NCBI GenBank assembly: GCA_051362555.1 | Contig: CM120641.1 | Coordinates: 46,506,401-46,570,400 of the forward strand | From: Lingula anatina | Taxonomy: Eukaryota; Animalia; Brachiopoda | DNA length: 64,000 bases | Reading direction: 5' to 3' | In this document: piece by piece, positions 37,601 to 51,379 of the stretch | Position numbering within the stretch: position 1 is the stretch's first letter | Layout of the letters: each line of letters starts with the position of its first letter | The notes under the pieces: generated by a model | Told to the model about the DNA's origin: nothing | Seen by the model: the letters and a program-made list of their open reading frames with translations, nothing else | Databases searched by the model: none | Position numbers and translations under genes: made by a program

Positions 37601-40600
37601 ATAAATGGAATGAAAAACATAAATTATTTTTAAAACAAACTCATGGAAATGTAATTGTATAATGAACCATATGCCTCTCTAGCAGCAATTGAAACCCACC
37701 CATTAGTATTCCTATGTTAAATTGTAGGTATCTTTTTCTCAGAATATACAAGGATGCACACTATTTACCCACCAGATATATATCATAGGACTAATAAGGA
37801 TGGGCAAAACTTGATAAGCAAACACAAATTCACCCTGGTAGTAGATGAAAAGCCATGGATGTGCAATTGTAATTCTAGGAGTATTCCTATGGCCAGTGAT
37901 GGCCATCTTGGGTTTTCTCAAAATGATCAAATATGCACATTTATTACCTGCTAGATATGTATCACAGTGTAATAATAATGTGTAAAACACTAAAAAAAAT
38001 AAAGTGAATTTGATTGTGAATAAGCTGGCATTAGTTCCAACCCTTTGTAATACTAGAAGTATTCCTATAACATATGACGGCCATCTTGGATTTTCTCAAA
38101 ATGCCCAAGAATACTTTTAGTTACTCACCACATACATATTGTGTGGGTAGAAAGGATGTGGAAAACACTCAGAAACCAGCTTAATTTGATAGCGAAAAAC
38201 TAATCTTTCCAGTTTCCATAAGTTGAATCCCCCGTATACTAGAATTCCTGTGGCACATGGCAGCCATCTTGGATTTTCCAAAATGATCAAGATCACTTCG
38301 TAGTTACTCACCACAAACATATTATGTGCGTAACAAAGATCTAAGAAACAGACTTAATTTGATAGTGGACAACGTATCGTTCTAGCTGGTAATAGTTGTG
38401 CACTAGTATTCCTATGGCTGTTTCTATGGCAAATGACAGCCATCTTGGACTTTTTCAAAAAGTCCAAGGGAACTTGTTTGCTACCTGACATATATGAATA
38501 AAATGGGTAATAAGGGTGTGGAAAACTCTGAGAAAATAATTTATTTGATAAAAATCAACATAGGTATGTACATATTTCTAAAGAATTCAATAAATTGGCG
38601 GCCATTTTGGATTTTTTGGCCAAACGGTAAATTTTTTCCGTGGGCTACGGCTCTGATTTGACTTAGAATGTCAAAAGGTACCCACATGCAAAATTTGGTG
38701 CTTTTATCCGCCGTGTCACGATTTTTTCCTTAAGCCACCGGACTATTTCACAGTGCAACAATAAATAAAGAAACGAAGATTCGAACCGTATGATCTGTAC
38801 AAATTTAACATTTTAATGTCAAAAGGTTGCATGTCAGGCTGGATTGGTGGAAAATAGTATGTTTTAACTTTACAGTCAAGTTTGAACTAATTCAGATGTG
38901 ATGAGGCAGGTTGAATTTTAAGTATGGAAGTTAATTTAAAATGCAAAATAAGGAATAAAAGAAGAGGCAGAGAGATACAGTGCTAGGGAGAAAATACAGA
39001 GAGCCAGATAAAAAGACACACACACATACACAGAGAGAGTTTGGCAGTTATAGAGAGTTCTGGAGAAAAAAAACATTTAGCAAAAAATTATAAATGCCTG
39101 TCTCAGTTGATTTTTGCCGAAAATCAACAAATAAAGAACTTGAATGGCCAAACTGGCTAGTTATTATACAATGTGATTATCGTTTAAGCTAAGTATGTAG
39201 GTAGAACTAGAACCATACATTGTATATGAGTACCACCGTTCCTCTGTTCCTTTCAGAATGCTGGTATATTCACATGGTAGATAGGGGTTTTGATGTCTTT
39301 TGATGAATTGCTTAAACTCTTTGATGATATACTGTGACTTTGTGTTTTACCAGGAAAATTGATTTCGTAGAAACATACATATGCTGGTAGCTAAATGCTT
39401 TAATCTTTTTCTTTTTTTGTTTTGTTGAAAGTATCCTCACCTGAGAATAAAAATAATTTGTTTAACACCAAAAAGGAACGAACGTTACTGTCACAAATGG
39501 GAAAGTGTTAGCTGCGGTAGTATTTTGCTTACTTTGAAGATTCGATCAGCACTGGTTTGGTTCTTTAATTTTTCCCTACAAGTATAACGATGTAAAAACA
39601 TGGCAAACATCTGTATAGAAAAAATTGCGCGATTCTAGTTTGTTTTTCACTGAATATTACACAAAGATAAAATGCAACATGCAGAAATATAAAATGAACT
39701 AGTTTTTTATTCGTGGCGCAAAAATCGTATCTGAAATATCAAACTATACACAAGAAAACACTATATATGTTGCAGTCGACAACAGAAAACCCCTATTACC
39801 TTTTGCACCGAGTGCTTAAACAATAGTTATCTTTTTTTTCTGGAATTTTTCTGGGGAACATATGTTACGTACGTTTTAGACATGACTTAACACCCTAAAT
39901 TAAAAAAAAATGTTATTTATAGCTGCAAGGAGAATGGTGGGAAATGGCCATCACCAGACTTTCTACACATGACGAAGAGAGGTACTTGCAGAACTACCAT
40001 CAACGTATGACGTATGTCGGTGAGGGGGACGCTGTGTATGCCGCCAATGGGACAGGAATGTAAGTGTGTTTAGAACTGCGACAGGTGTATCATGGTTACT
40101 GCTAAAGTATTTTGATGTGAGATAATATTGTGATAGGTGGGATTTGGTGGTTCGAAAGTATTTCTTAAAGCGTCCTTCTGTCAGTGTCAAAGAACAACTG
40201 GAGGGTCTGCTTAGAAGGTTGAGTTTGTCAGATGCGTTAAGTCGTTAATTGATAACTGTTAACTGTGATAGATGCGAGTTTGTTTGAATAAAAATATGCG
40301 TTTCTTATTGTACTTCAGTTGGTCCAATGAATCAGGATGTCTGAAATGGAATTATACCTATAAAACGTCAAAACAACCGGGTGTACTGGCAGCCGTAAAT
40401 GAGGGTGAGAAAAAAAAAACTAATGGATAAGGGATATTATTATTTTTTATTTCATTTTTGTTCCATCAACTTTCTTGGTCCTTTTTAAAGGCAAAAATTA
40501 CATTGGCACTATTTAAAAAATAATCTAGAGTTTTAATTTTTTTGTTTCTTTTTGTCTTGACCAACTATCTAGCGAAAATATTTTTCATGAATTCGCAGTA

Positions 40601-41154
40601 TGTTACTTAGTTTTTGTATGCAATAACGATTTTTTAAACTATTCTAAAAACACTTTAAATTTCTGTGCCTAGTTTCTTCGATTAATACGCTGTATTACGT
40701 TTAGTACTATCTTCTGTCTTTACTTTTATTTTTTTAAAATTATTTTTATTATTATTTTTTTTTTGCTGTCCTGTTCTTCATTTGACTGTCCTATCTGTTT
40801 GCAGACGGCAAAATCCTATTTGAAGGCTTTGTCGTTGACATTGCCTACGACTACTATATGTGCGCCAAGTACTTTGCCGACTTAGATGAGTACCGGTTTA
40901 CCCTTTGGAGCAAAAAAATGTTCTTCAGCGCTTCTGAGGTGGTCAACATAGTTAACCGTATCTCATCGGATCCTTGTCTTAGAGAAAAAAAGTTTTATCC
41001 AGTTGTGCAAGACGGACGTAAGTAGATGAACAAATGGCGGGTAATTCCGTGTGTGCGTGCGTGCGTGCGTGTGTGTGAATGTGCATTTGTTGTGTGTGTG
41101 TGTGTGTGTGTGTACGTGTGTGTGTGTGTATATGTGTGTGTGTGTTGGAGGGTG

Positions 41155-41213
<59 letters not shown>

Positions 41214-41384
41214 TTTTACTGAATGTGAACTGACTGGATTTTGACTTTTAAATATTTTAAAAATTCCGGGGAAAGCTTTGTTAAAGACTATGGCTGCAAG
41301 GATGACATTGTATTAAACCGCTACAGTTCTCATCTTTCAGTATTTTTTTCCTCAGGGTGCGGCCTACCTCCAGGGCAAGAGTGA
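34605..41384 (+). CDS. Secreted lipocalin B (208 aa), paralogue of A. Exons 34605-34766, 39923-40059, 40319-40404, 40805-41017, 41356-41384
   Basis: Identical exon lengths (162, 137, 86, 213, 29); LAWDK|LQGEWWEMA; intact frame ending RCGLPPGQE*; TATAAAA at ~34525; AATAAA at ~41468. Confidence 0.82.
35626..38745. mobile_element. Non-autonomous DNA transposon with long TIRs and 3-bp TSD (Academ-like)
   Basis: ttt-TAGTCCGGTTGCTTA ... TAAGCCACCGGACTA-ttt; arms alignable for >500 bp with repeated aaaatccaagatggc motifs; absent from lipocalin A. The superfamily call rests only on the TAG termini and 3-bp TSD. Confidence 0.75.
36407..36857 (-). mobile_element. Solo LTR nested in the Academ-like element
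   Basis: TGTA...TACA termini, 4-bp TSD CCAT (36403-36406 and 36858-36861), TATA-like and AATAAA signals on the minus strand. Confidence 0.72.
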
Positions 41385-42290
41385 AACTCTTAACAAAACA
41401 TCGCGCCCAGACAGTTCCTGAAGAGAACAATTTAAGATTTTGAAATCATGTAACGTCGCATGTATTGAATAAAAAGCCGATATTCTTCATTCTTTACAGC
41501 TTAACTTGGTTATAACAAGGAACCTAGATGTATTTTATTTTTAATTTATCGCGTTCGTTTCTAATTTTTTTTCCTGGCATACATGTAGAACTCAACGTTA
41601 AACGTACAGTAAACGTGATTTAACATACTGGTTTTACATACTGAAGACTAATTCTTCCCCTTTCACATGAAAGCACCCCCATTGTAATCCAACACATATT
41701 TTGACAGACTTTCATACCAAAGATGATAACCCATTGCTGTTACCCAGCATCGTGGACGTGTTGATATATATCCTTTTATTCATGCTATTTTCATTCCTAT
41801 TTCCATCATCAATTTCTGTTTTCCTGAGTTTAATATTCCCTGCTTCCTGTCATATTTATTACCCGTGATGATGTAACGAAATGTGCAAAATCGTGTGTAA
41901 CTATTTCCTAGTGCAACTCTTGCCTCCCATATCACGGGCTAGGTGGTACTGGAATAAAATAGTAAGTTAATAATCAGAGACAATTTTGAGTACTTTCCCT
42001 CTGTCCAGCAACGGCGTCTTATTATTAGTCATTAATTCTACAATAAATGGTACTACAAGGCTGGTGTATACATTATTAAGTCAGCGAGTTGGGGTGAGGC
42101 CCATCTTTATGTTGATCCGTCACACACGATATTAAGGTTTTAAAATTACTTCGTGCCGCACAAATCACTTTTATTCTTCAGCGCATTCTTCGAATCCTTA
42201 ACTCCTCCATAAACTTATGTATGTCCATTTGTTTAACTATATTTTATATTTGTCTACCGGTAAACTATTAGTACAGTTTACGAGAAGAAG

Positions 42291-42339
<49 letters not shown>

Positions 42340-42703
42340 ATATACATATAACAAATATTATGCAATAAAAGGCGAAAATGGTGATAAACAATACAGTTGA
42401 TGGTAAGGTATTTAACAGATTATATAATACTTAAAGAATAGAGAGACTTATTTTGCTCAGTTTAATAATTACACGAAAACTTTTATGTCGAACGGAGTCA
42501 CCGGGATATTCGACACGGGGAAGGTAATGGTAATTATGCAATTATGCGATAAAGCTAAGAAAATATAATAACGTAATGAAAATTAACTGAAAACAAAGAT
42601 GTAATTATTGACAGATTAAATTACACACTGCCACTTGTATTCTCGTATTGCAGCATACCCTTATATAACTTTACTGTGTATTGAGCCGTTAGAATGCGTG
42701 TGG

Positions 42704-42706
<3 letters not shown>

Positions 42707-42751
<45 letters not shown>

Positions 42752-43190
42752 TTATTGTCATATTTATACAAGTATAAAATGAAAATTGGTATGATCTGTC
42801 AATAAAATGTAATACAGTGGAATTATTAAAATACATCTTGTTCATTAAAAATACGTACTGCTGATTGATGAAAACTATTTTTAGTGCGCGTGGAGGTTGC
42901 TTTTAATGACCGTAGTCGGCTTGTTGACATATAGTAGGCTATTCGCTGGGTGACCAGGGTCACCCGTGATTGACTTCACTTTCTTGAGCACTCATCTCGT
43001 ATACAAACATTCAATAGACGGCAAGTCCCTACCTACAATGCGCCTGGCAGTTTTTACTACGCGATTGAGGCGATTCTTGTCCTCTGCTGTAGCACTACCG
43101 TACCAGACGGTGAAAGATTGTGTTAGTACACTCTCAAACATTACCCGGTAAAATTTTGCCAGCAGTTCTTGATTAGTAACACAGAACTTA
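42707..43190 (-). mobile_element. 5'-truncated non-LTR retrotransposon (Rex1/Babar-like) 3' end
   Basis: Minus frame ELLAKFYRVMFESVLTQSFTVWYGSATAEDKNRLNRVVKTARRIVGRDLPSIE...DPGHPA resembles the post-RT domain of Rex1/Babar LINEs; ends in AATAAA plus a (TTA)n tail. Confidence 0.82.
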
Positions 43191-44278
43191 AAAAAAAGAC
43201 CAGTAATAAATTGCTATGTGTTTTTGTCTTTCTTTTTTATTATTTTGGATTATTAATAATATGTTTTGGTATCTTGTCTTATATAGGATATTAATGATTC
43301 ATAGACATCGTCTGTATTCGAAAATACTTGATTCTTGATTTTAGCACCCTGACAGCGAATTTTAGTGTCTGTTTTTTTTTTAAATAATGGTACTATTCTT
43401 CTCAATGGTATTACAAGGTTTTAGCAAATGTACCTGGCTGAACTTCGATGATGTGGTTATTGAATTAACTGTAATTACTATCATAGAAAACAGGGTGCAT
43501 TCCACTTAGCAATAAGTAATACTTTTCCTGTTGGAGTTAGTAACCAGGGACTGGTCCAGGATCAGCCAGGGTGATTGGATGATCCAGGGCCTTAAAAACG
43601 GGTGCCTTTTTTTCATGCTATTTCCATTTTTAATTTCATTGTCAACGTTTGGTGTCCTTTTTCCCCTGAATTCGGTATTTCCTGATAAGTTCATTTATAT
43701 CTGAAATGATTCCAATTAAAGATGGTTTTAGACAAACATAACACTATTTGACCTTTTATCAATGCTATTTCCATATTTTTGTACGTACATTTGTTTTCCT
43801 GCTTCTCCTTTAAATCATCCTACGTTTATTACTCATGGTTATATAAATTTTTGCTATAAATAAGAACTTGAAAACTAGCTTTACGTAGTCAGTTCATCCG
43901 CGACTGGTCGTCAGATTGACAAGGCAAGACTTCTGACAATATTGTTTCAGTGATCAGCTTTCATAAAACAGGTAGGCTGTAGGTTTGTGATCGTGTATTT
44001 CTCTGTGGATTCAAGTAGACTAGGACAGATGTGGGGCTCTAAAGTAAAATAATCATTCTATTTTTTTATCATAACTTTTTTCAAAAATATTTTTGAAGTG
44101 CTTCGGATATGATTTATATTGACACAAGTATTATTCAAAATTAATTCTATGCGGGCATTGAACGTCTAATCAAGATGATAAGTAAAACAATAAAACATAA
44201 AATATAATGATTTCGAATGCGTTGTTATAGCTTGAAAAAAAAAAACGGTTTTTATCGTTCTTGTAGAAATAACTGAAG

Positions 44279-45719
44279 ATGTTTTCCCTGTGTATTGCCG
44301 CCGTTGCTGTGTTGGTCTCTCTCAACCTTGTCCACGCTCAGGAGACGGGCACCTGTGAGTATTTGTAATTATTGAAATTTTCATTCTTTTTTCGGAAGAT
44401 GATATCTCTTGCTACAGTCCACACTTCTGCCATTCAAATCGGCTGTATCAATTGTATTTTAGGTTGAAATACAACTTTTATCTTATAAAAGTACAGTTGC
44501 TACATATTAAAACCAACTGAGACCGTCCAAATATCAAAATTACCCAAAATTAACAATGAAGTACACTAAAATTTAGATGATATCATTATTTTAAGAATCT
44601 AGTATGATGTTTAAATATATAGATTTCAAAAGAAAACCCGACGTATGGTTTGTGCTTCGGGAACAACGTTTAAAATGATCTGTTAGATGACATTTTCGTA
44701 GAACATGTAACATGTATCGTATTCAAAAACACAAAATTACGTTAACTGAATTTAAAAACATCTCTGCTATGTTAGTCTTAAAAGGAAAGAAATTATTTAA
44801 TCAATGCTGGAAAATATGAAGTAAGTATCTGGTTGTAAAGCGGCATAATTTTCAGATTCAAATGTTGAATATTGATTATGATATATGAAAATAAAACAGA
44901 TAAAAGATAATGATTGGCCATTATTTCCCCACTGATATTTAAAAGCTTTGACATTCAAACATATTCAAGGTAAAAAATAAACTAAATCTTGATAATTATT
45001 TATTTACTTTATTTTATTGCAGTTGTGCGTCTTCGATCCCAAAATGAACCCGATTATACTTGGGGACTCCATTCTAACGGCGACGCATACATCATGAAAG
45101 GATTCAGTGGAAATTTTTTCCGTATTGTCCCAGGGTTAAGCGGACAACCAGACACCGTGTCCTTCAACTCAGTGGATTACCCGAGCTCCTATCTCCGTCA
45201 CCACGGTTTCTTGGTGAGCCTCGAAAGTTCAAAGAACCCAAGGAATGGTCATATGTTCGTGAAGGACGCCACGTTCTACCCTCGACCTGACAAATTTCTT
45301 CAAGGATACACGGCCTACGAGTCTGTGAACTACCCTGGGCACTTCATCCGCCATGCTGGCCACAGACTGGAGATACGTAGATACGACGGCTCTCTCCTGT
45401 TTAAGAGGGATGCCAGTTTCAAAGTTGAGCCGGTACGTAGACAGTTTGTTATTTACAACTCAACTTGTGACGAATTTTGTTGATCTTCTGTGTAGTTGAT
45501 ATGGTGCGCCCAATCAGCGTTTTGTCTGTGAAACAAGATGGTATAGATGAAAGGAGAGATCTAAAATACCATAATTTGTTGTCAAAATTCATACGAAAGA
45601 GCATTTATAATTTAAGACCGCGTTGCCATTGCGTTGCATGCGTATACAGTATTTACTGGAAGAAATTGCTTATATAATTCTTTATATTTCAGAATTGCTG
45701 GAAAAATGTGACAGTTTAA
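44279..45719 (+). CDS. AbfB/CBM42-like protein copy 2 (~170 aa, most divergent). Exons 44279-44354, 45023-45432, 45693-45719
   Basis: Signal peptide plus intact domain; domain exon is 4 nt shorter and last exon 1 nt longer, giving the tail EP|NCWKNVTV*. Confidence 0.8.
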
Positions 45720-47120
45720 TTCCTACTCGCCATATGGCAAGGGCAGAAACGTTTGGTGCACGTCCAAATAAAATACCATATTCGGTGAAATTATTTATGG
45801 AATAAAATAGTGTATTAAACATTTTATTGAAGAATTATTTTTGGATACTTTTTAATTCAATAAACTAACGATCTTTTAAAATTGGTGAAATGGAACAGTG
45901 ATCAGTATAGGGCTTACATAAAACATCTTAAATTCACTATTGCTTGTAACAGAGCAAACACACGTGAATTCACACTCTAATAGCACGTGACGTCACTTTC
46001 GCCAGCCCGTCGTTTCTTTTATTAGCTGAGACAACGCTATATCAAACCATACAAACAAACAATGAATGTTTGACGTAGAAGCGATCTTTAACAAACAAAT
46101 TTGGTTCGTTTTACATGTTATTTTTTAGCAAGCCAATATACAGTGCATTTAGATTTAGACATAAACATACATATATCTATAAAACTGATGAAACTAAAAT
46201 ATAATTCAACTGAGTAGAATATCTTTTAGATTAATTGCTTTATCCTAAACAATTTTGTAGGACTCGAGATCTGGAATTACGCGTAAGTGGACGGATACCA
46301 TCAAAGATACGCAAAAACTAAAACAAAGAGAGAATTAATATTGCATCATGACCTTTAATATTTTGAGGAACGAAAGCAATATTAAAACATCTTAAACCAA
46401 ATTATCCTCATTATTTAAAAAGATGATCAAAAGAAATAATAACATGAAACTTTAGCTCATTTCTCGGTGTGCTAGTTGTGCTAGGTAGCATTGGACTGCA
46501 AGCATATTTATTTTTAATTATTTCACAAAACCTTTAAAAGTATGCCAATGGATATTAAAGAATAACCGAGGCATCCTATTTCCCCACACAACCACCACGG
46601 TGCGACGCTTTTGGATATGCAAATCATAGTTTTTTTTTCAAACAAGTCGTCTAATTCGGAAAGAAGTGCATTAAATTAAATTAATATATATCTTTACCTT
46701 ACATACTTAATCAATACAAAACGGTTTATATGCTTCTCAAAATTTGTGTGAAATCAGATATGGCAGCTGTATCTTCTCGTACAAAGAGGAGACATTCTGA
46801 CATGTATTTGTTTTGATTTTTTTTCACACCCGGCAGGATGGAGAATATTTTGTGTGTGGGGAACTAGCTCTTGTAACATGTAGTTGAATACATGTATAGG
46901 TAAATTGGTGTTTCTGTCCATAACAGTCCGCCAACGTTTAACATTAAACGTCTTCTGCTCCACTGCTCAACACAGAATGTTAAGTCTTCAGTTACTATTA
47001 TTTTAATATTATTCAAACATAAAAAAGTATAAATTGCCCTCAAATGTCTCCATATTTCACTGAATGCGGCATTTTATTTGGACGTATATCAAGTGTGTCT
47101 GTCTTTGGGATAGTAAGGGC

Positions 47121-48455
47121 TTAAGTGTGGCATCTTTCCAGTAAATCTGAAAACAAAAAAATACTTTTCGTAATTTTTTCTGTAAGCACTAAGCAAAAAC
47201 AAAGGTAAAAGCAGAGAGAGAAAGAGAAAAAATGCCACGGTGGGCAATAAAAATTTATACACACAAAAGATTATCAACTACACAGAAGACCAACAAAATT
47301 CGTTTACATGTTCAGTTGTAAATAACTGTCTACGTACCAGTTGGCTCAGCTTTGAAACTGGCATCCCTCTTAAACAGGAGAGAGCCGTCGTCTCTACGTA
47401 TCTGCAGTCTGTAGCCAGCATGGCGGATGAAGTGCCCAGGGTAGTTCACCGACTCGTAGGCCGTGTATCCTTGAAGAAATTTGTCAGGTCGAGGGTAGAA
47501 CGTGGCGTCCTTGTCGAAGATGTGAGGATTCCTTGGGATCTTTGAACTTTCGAGGTTCACGAAGAAGCTATAGTGCCGGAGATAGGAGCACGGGTAGTCC
47601 ACGGAGTTGAAGGACACGGTACCTGGTTGTCCGGTTAACCCGGGGACAATATGGAAAACATTTCCGCTGAAGCCTTGCTTGATGTATGCGTCGCCGTTAG
47701 GATGGAGTCCCCAAGTATAATCGGGGTAATTTTGGGATCGAAGACGTACAACTGCAATTTAATAAAGCACACACGACATAATATTTTATTTTTCCAGCTT
47801 AAGAACTTTTATATCTGTTTGAATATAAGTGGGGAAATAAAGGTACTACTGTTTTATTTTGATCATTTAAGTTAAGAAGTAAAATGTTGCAGCCTGCAAT
47901 ATCAAACAGCATGGATCCACAAAATGTGTAAGTGAAGCCATTTACAGAAAAACTCTTACTTCATATATATCAGGCACTATCCGATATTTTGTTTAAAATT
48001 TCAATGAAATTCGTGTAAATGACTACCTTTAACAGATAATTATTTATTTATTTATTTAGCGTCTTCAATATTTGATGAACATAAAAATCATGCTTCTATG
48101 TGCCAGGTAACTTATGTCCACAAAAATTTTAACGAACTGCCACTGTACTGGAGCTACAAACCGAAATTATATCTATATCACATCTATACAATAAGTTATC
48201 CTGTTCCAAAAGATAAAAAACAAACACTGTAGTCATATGAATCCCATCTTCTTAATTATAGGTCGATAATTTGAGATCTGGTTTTGATTTTTGGCAACTG
48301 TGCTGATATAAGCATTGCCTAACAGAAATAATCTGACTGAAAATTTAATTAAAATAGATGTTGTTTTTTTACAATTATAAATACTTACCGCTCTGTTGGG
48401 CGGGAACGAGAGGGAAGAATAAAACAGCAACGGCGGCAAAACACATGGAAAACAT
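47121..48455 (-). CDS. AbfB/CBM42-like protein copy 3 (168 aa). Exons 48455-48389, 47751-47338, 47146-47121
   Basis: MFSMCFAAVAVLFFPLVPAQQS signal exon, 414-nt domain exon, DLLERCHT* exon. Confidence 0.88.
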
Positions 48456-50189
48456 CTTCAGTTATTCTTTTGGGAAACATAAAAATCGATTTTCAGATGA
48501 AAAATTGTTTAATAATAAAAATGAACATGAATTCCTGTCTTTTTTTAACTACACACACAATATTTCTATCTAAATTATTCTAAAGGCCAAAACATTAAAA
48601 AGATAATAATTATAATAATAATAATATTATTATTAATGTAAATAGATTTTCTTAGTTTCTACATCTTAACAAACCTGTTCGAGTTCGGGACATTAAAAAA
48701 AAATTACACGTCTTAGAAACTGAAGGCCTACCTGTTAACGTATTTTGGTCAGTAAGATATCACAAATGTTTCAAAAGTCTTGGTTTTTGTCGACCAGACG
48801 ATGAAAAGTTGACTGCGCCAAACCAAATTTTCAAGTTCTTATTTATAGGTCTACCAAACTCGTAGGCTATACAAAATGTTCATAATTAAGTTGTGCGGCC
48901 CACGCCGTGCCGCTTTTAAGTACTTGTCATGTCACGATCATCATACGAAATAGGCTTTGTCCATCCCAGTGCGGTTTTTCTTTCCTCAAACTGCAAGCCA
49001 CATCCGCTTTGCATCCTTTCGTCATATCTGGAGTCTGAAAACAAAAACATTGCTTTGTTAAAACACTTTAAACGCCCAAAACCAACATAGAGGTGGATTT
49101 CACATGCTGAAGTGTCCAAAAATAAAATTGAATGAATTCAAAGTTGTATTCAATTTTTTTAAACAGGGGAATAATAATTTATCTAAAGCTTATTTTACTG
49201 TCGGTAGGGTGTATTTTCCTTTTTTAAGTATTCAGTGACAAGCAAACTAAAGTCGTCAAAAAACAATCAACTGCTCTATACAGAAGATTATAATTTTTAC
49301 AATTATTATAATTTTTATACTTGTAAGAGATATCCAAAAACAAAACCAGTGATGACTGAATTTTCAAAGTGAGTAGAACGTTTCACAGATGGCCGTTTTG
49401 TACTTGTGACAGTAACTTATGTTTCTTCTTGGGGATAGACGATGAATTATTTTTTATTTCTCTTCATGCTTCCAGGACAGCAAAAATTTGATACAAACTT
49501 CTTCGTTTGGGACCCTAAAATAATCAAACATAGTTTGCAATCTATGTCTTTGTCAATTGCACCTCTATATTGGGTTTGGTGCCATAGGCCTACATACATC
49601 TTTTACGTATCTTTTATGCATGGAAAACATTCCCCCCATTGATCACGATTAATGAGAATTGTGCTCATGATAATGCCAATTCCACATATTGTCTACGTAA
49701 ATCTTTGGTTTTTAAATGAGAATTTTTTATTAATGGTGATAAAACCACCGTCCGAATTAAAAATACCATGTAGGTCAATCGGGACAAGTTACTTGAACGA
49801 ATAAAACGACCTAAATACTCACTCTTATTCAAAAATAACAATAATCATAGTGATGATGTTGTCACTGGCTGCCATTGGTGATGACAAAATCAATGAGCAG
49901 CACCCTGTAATCAGAACAAGGACAAGATCAGGAACCAGGACAAGACCGCCTCAATAGCCTAGGCAGGCAGATGAATCTTACCTTAGACTGGGTTCCGATG
50001 CCTAGATCGATCCATCTGGATCGGTCTAACTCCCTGGGGAGTCTCACTAATCTGCTATCAACTTAACCGGCTTGATTGTCTGTCACGCCTACCGAATCAT
50101 CTAGGGGGTAAAAATAATTACTCCCTAACAGCTTTACTAGGCGTGCCAGACATTAAGCTGGTTAAGTTTGTAGCAAATATTGTAATAAT

Positions 50190-50378
50190 GATCTTCTGTG
50201 TAGTTGATATGTTGCGCCCAATCAGCGCTTTGCTTGTGAAACAAATGGTATAAATGGAATGAGACATTGTTTGTCTTCAAAATTCATGTGTGTTTATGAA
50301 TGCATATACTTACAGGAAGAATTTACCAAAAAAATTATAATTGTATTTTCAGATTCGCTGGAAAGATGTCTCAGTTAA
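50190..50378 (+). pseudogene. Orphan last-intron fragment and last exon (DSLERCLS*, 50353-50378) of a deleted AbfB-like gene
   Basis: Homologous to 45482-45719; no domain exon upstream. Confidence 0.75.
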
Positions 50379-51379
50379 ATTCCTGACAGCGACTTTAAGA
50401 GTGTCTGTTTTTTTTTAATTTTTTTAATTTTAATTTTTTTTTTTTTTTTGGTACTATTCTACTCAATGGTGTTACAAGGTTTAAGCAAACTTCGATGATG
50501 TGATAAATAAATTTACTGTGATTACTGTCATAGAAAACAGGATGCGTTCCACTTAGCAGTAAGTAATATTTTTCCTGTTGGAGTTAGTAGCCAGGGATTG
50601 GGCCAGGATCCGCCTGGATAATTGCATTATCTTGGTTGCCTTTAATTCATGCTAATTCCATTCTTAATTTTATTTTCAACGTTTGGTTTCCTGAATTCGG
50701 TATTTCCTAATTAGACGTGGTCATTTACCTAAATGTGCAAAATTATGGGACTACAAATATCCATCTGAAGTGATTCCAATTAAAGATGGTTTCAGACAAT
50801 TAATAAAACACAAATCATGAGGATTTTAATAGCGGTCGTGTCCTCATGACATTATTTGTCTTTTTATCAATGCAATTTCCGTATTTTTGTACGGAAATTT
50901 GTTTTCCTGTTTCTCCCTTAAATCAACCTAGGTTAATTACCCGTGGTAATATAAATTCTCGCTATAAATAAGAACTTGAAAACTTGCCATACGAGGTGAG
51001 TTCATCCGCGACTGGTCGTCAGATTGAGAAGACTCCTGACAATATTGTTTCAGTGATCAGCTTTCATAAAACAGGTAGGCTGTAAATTTGTGATCGTGTA
51101 TTTCTCTGTGGATTCAAGTAGATAAGGACAGATCTAGGCCTCGAAAGTAAAATGATCAGGCTATTTTTATGAGATAACTTTTTTTAAAAATAGTTTAGAA
51201 GTGTTTCGGAAATAATTTATATTAAAAGTATCATTCAAAGTTAACTTTATGAGGACATTGAACGTCTCATCAAGATGATAAGTAAAGCAGTAAACTATAA
51301 AAAATAATGATCTCAAATGCATTGTTATAGTTTGGACAAAAAACACCAGTATATATTGTTCTTGAAGGAATAACTGAAG

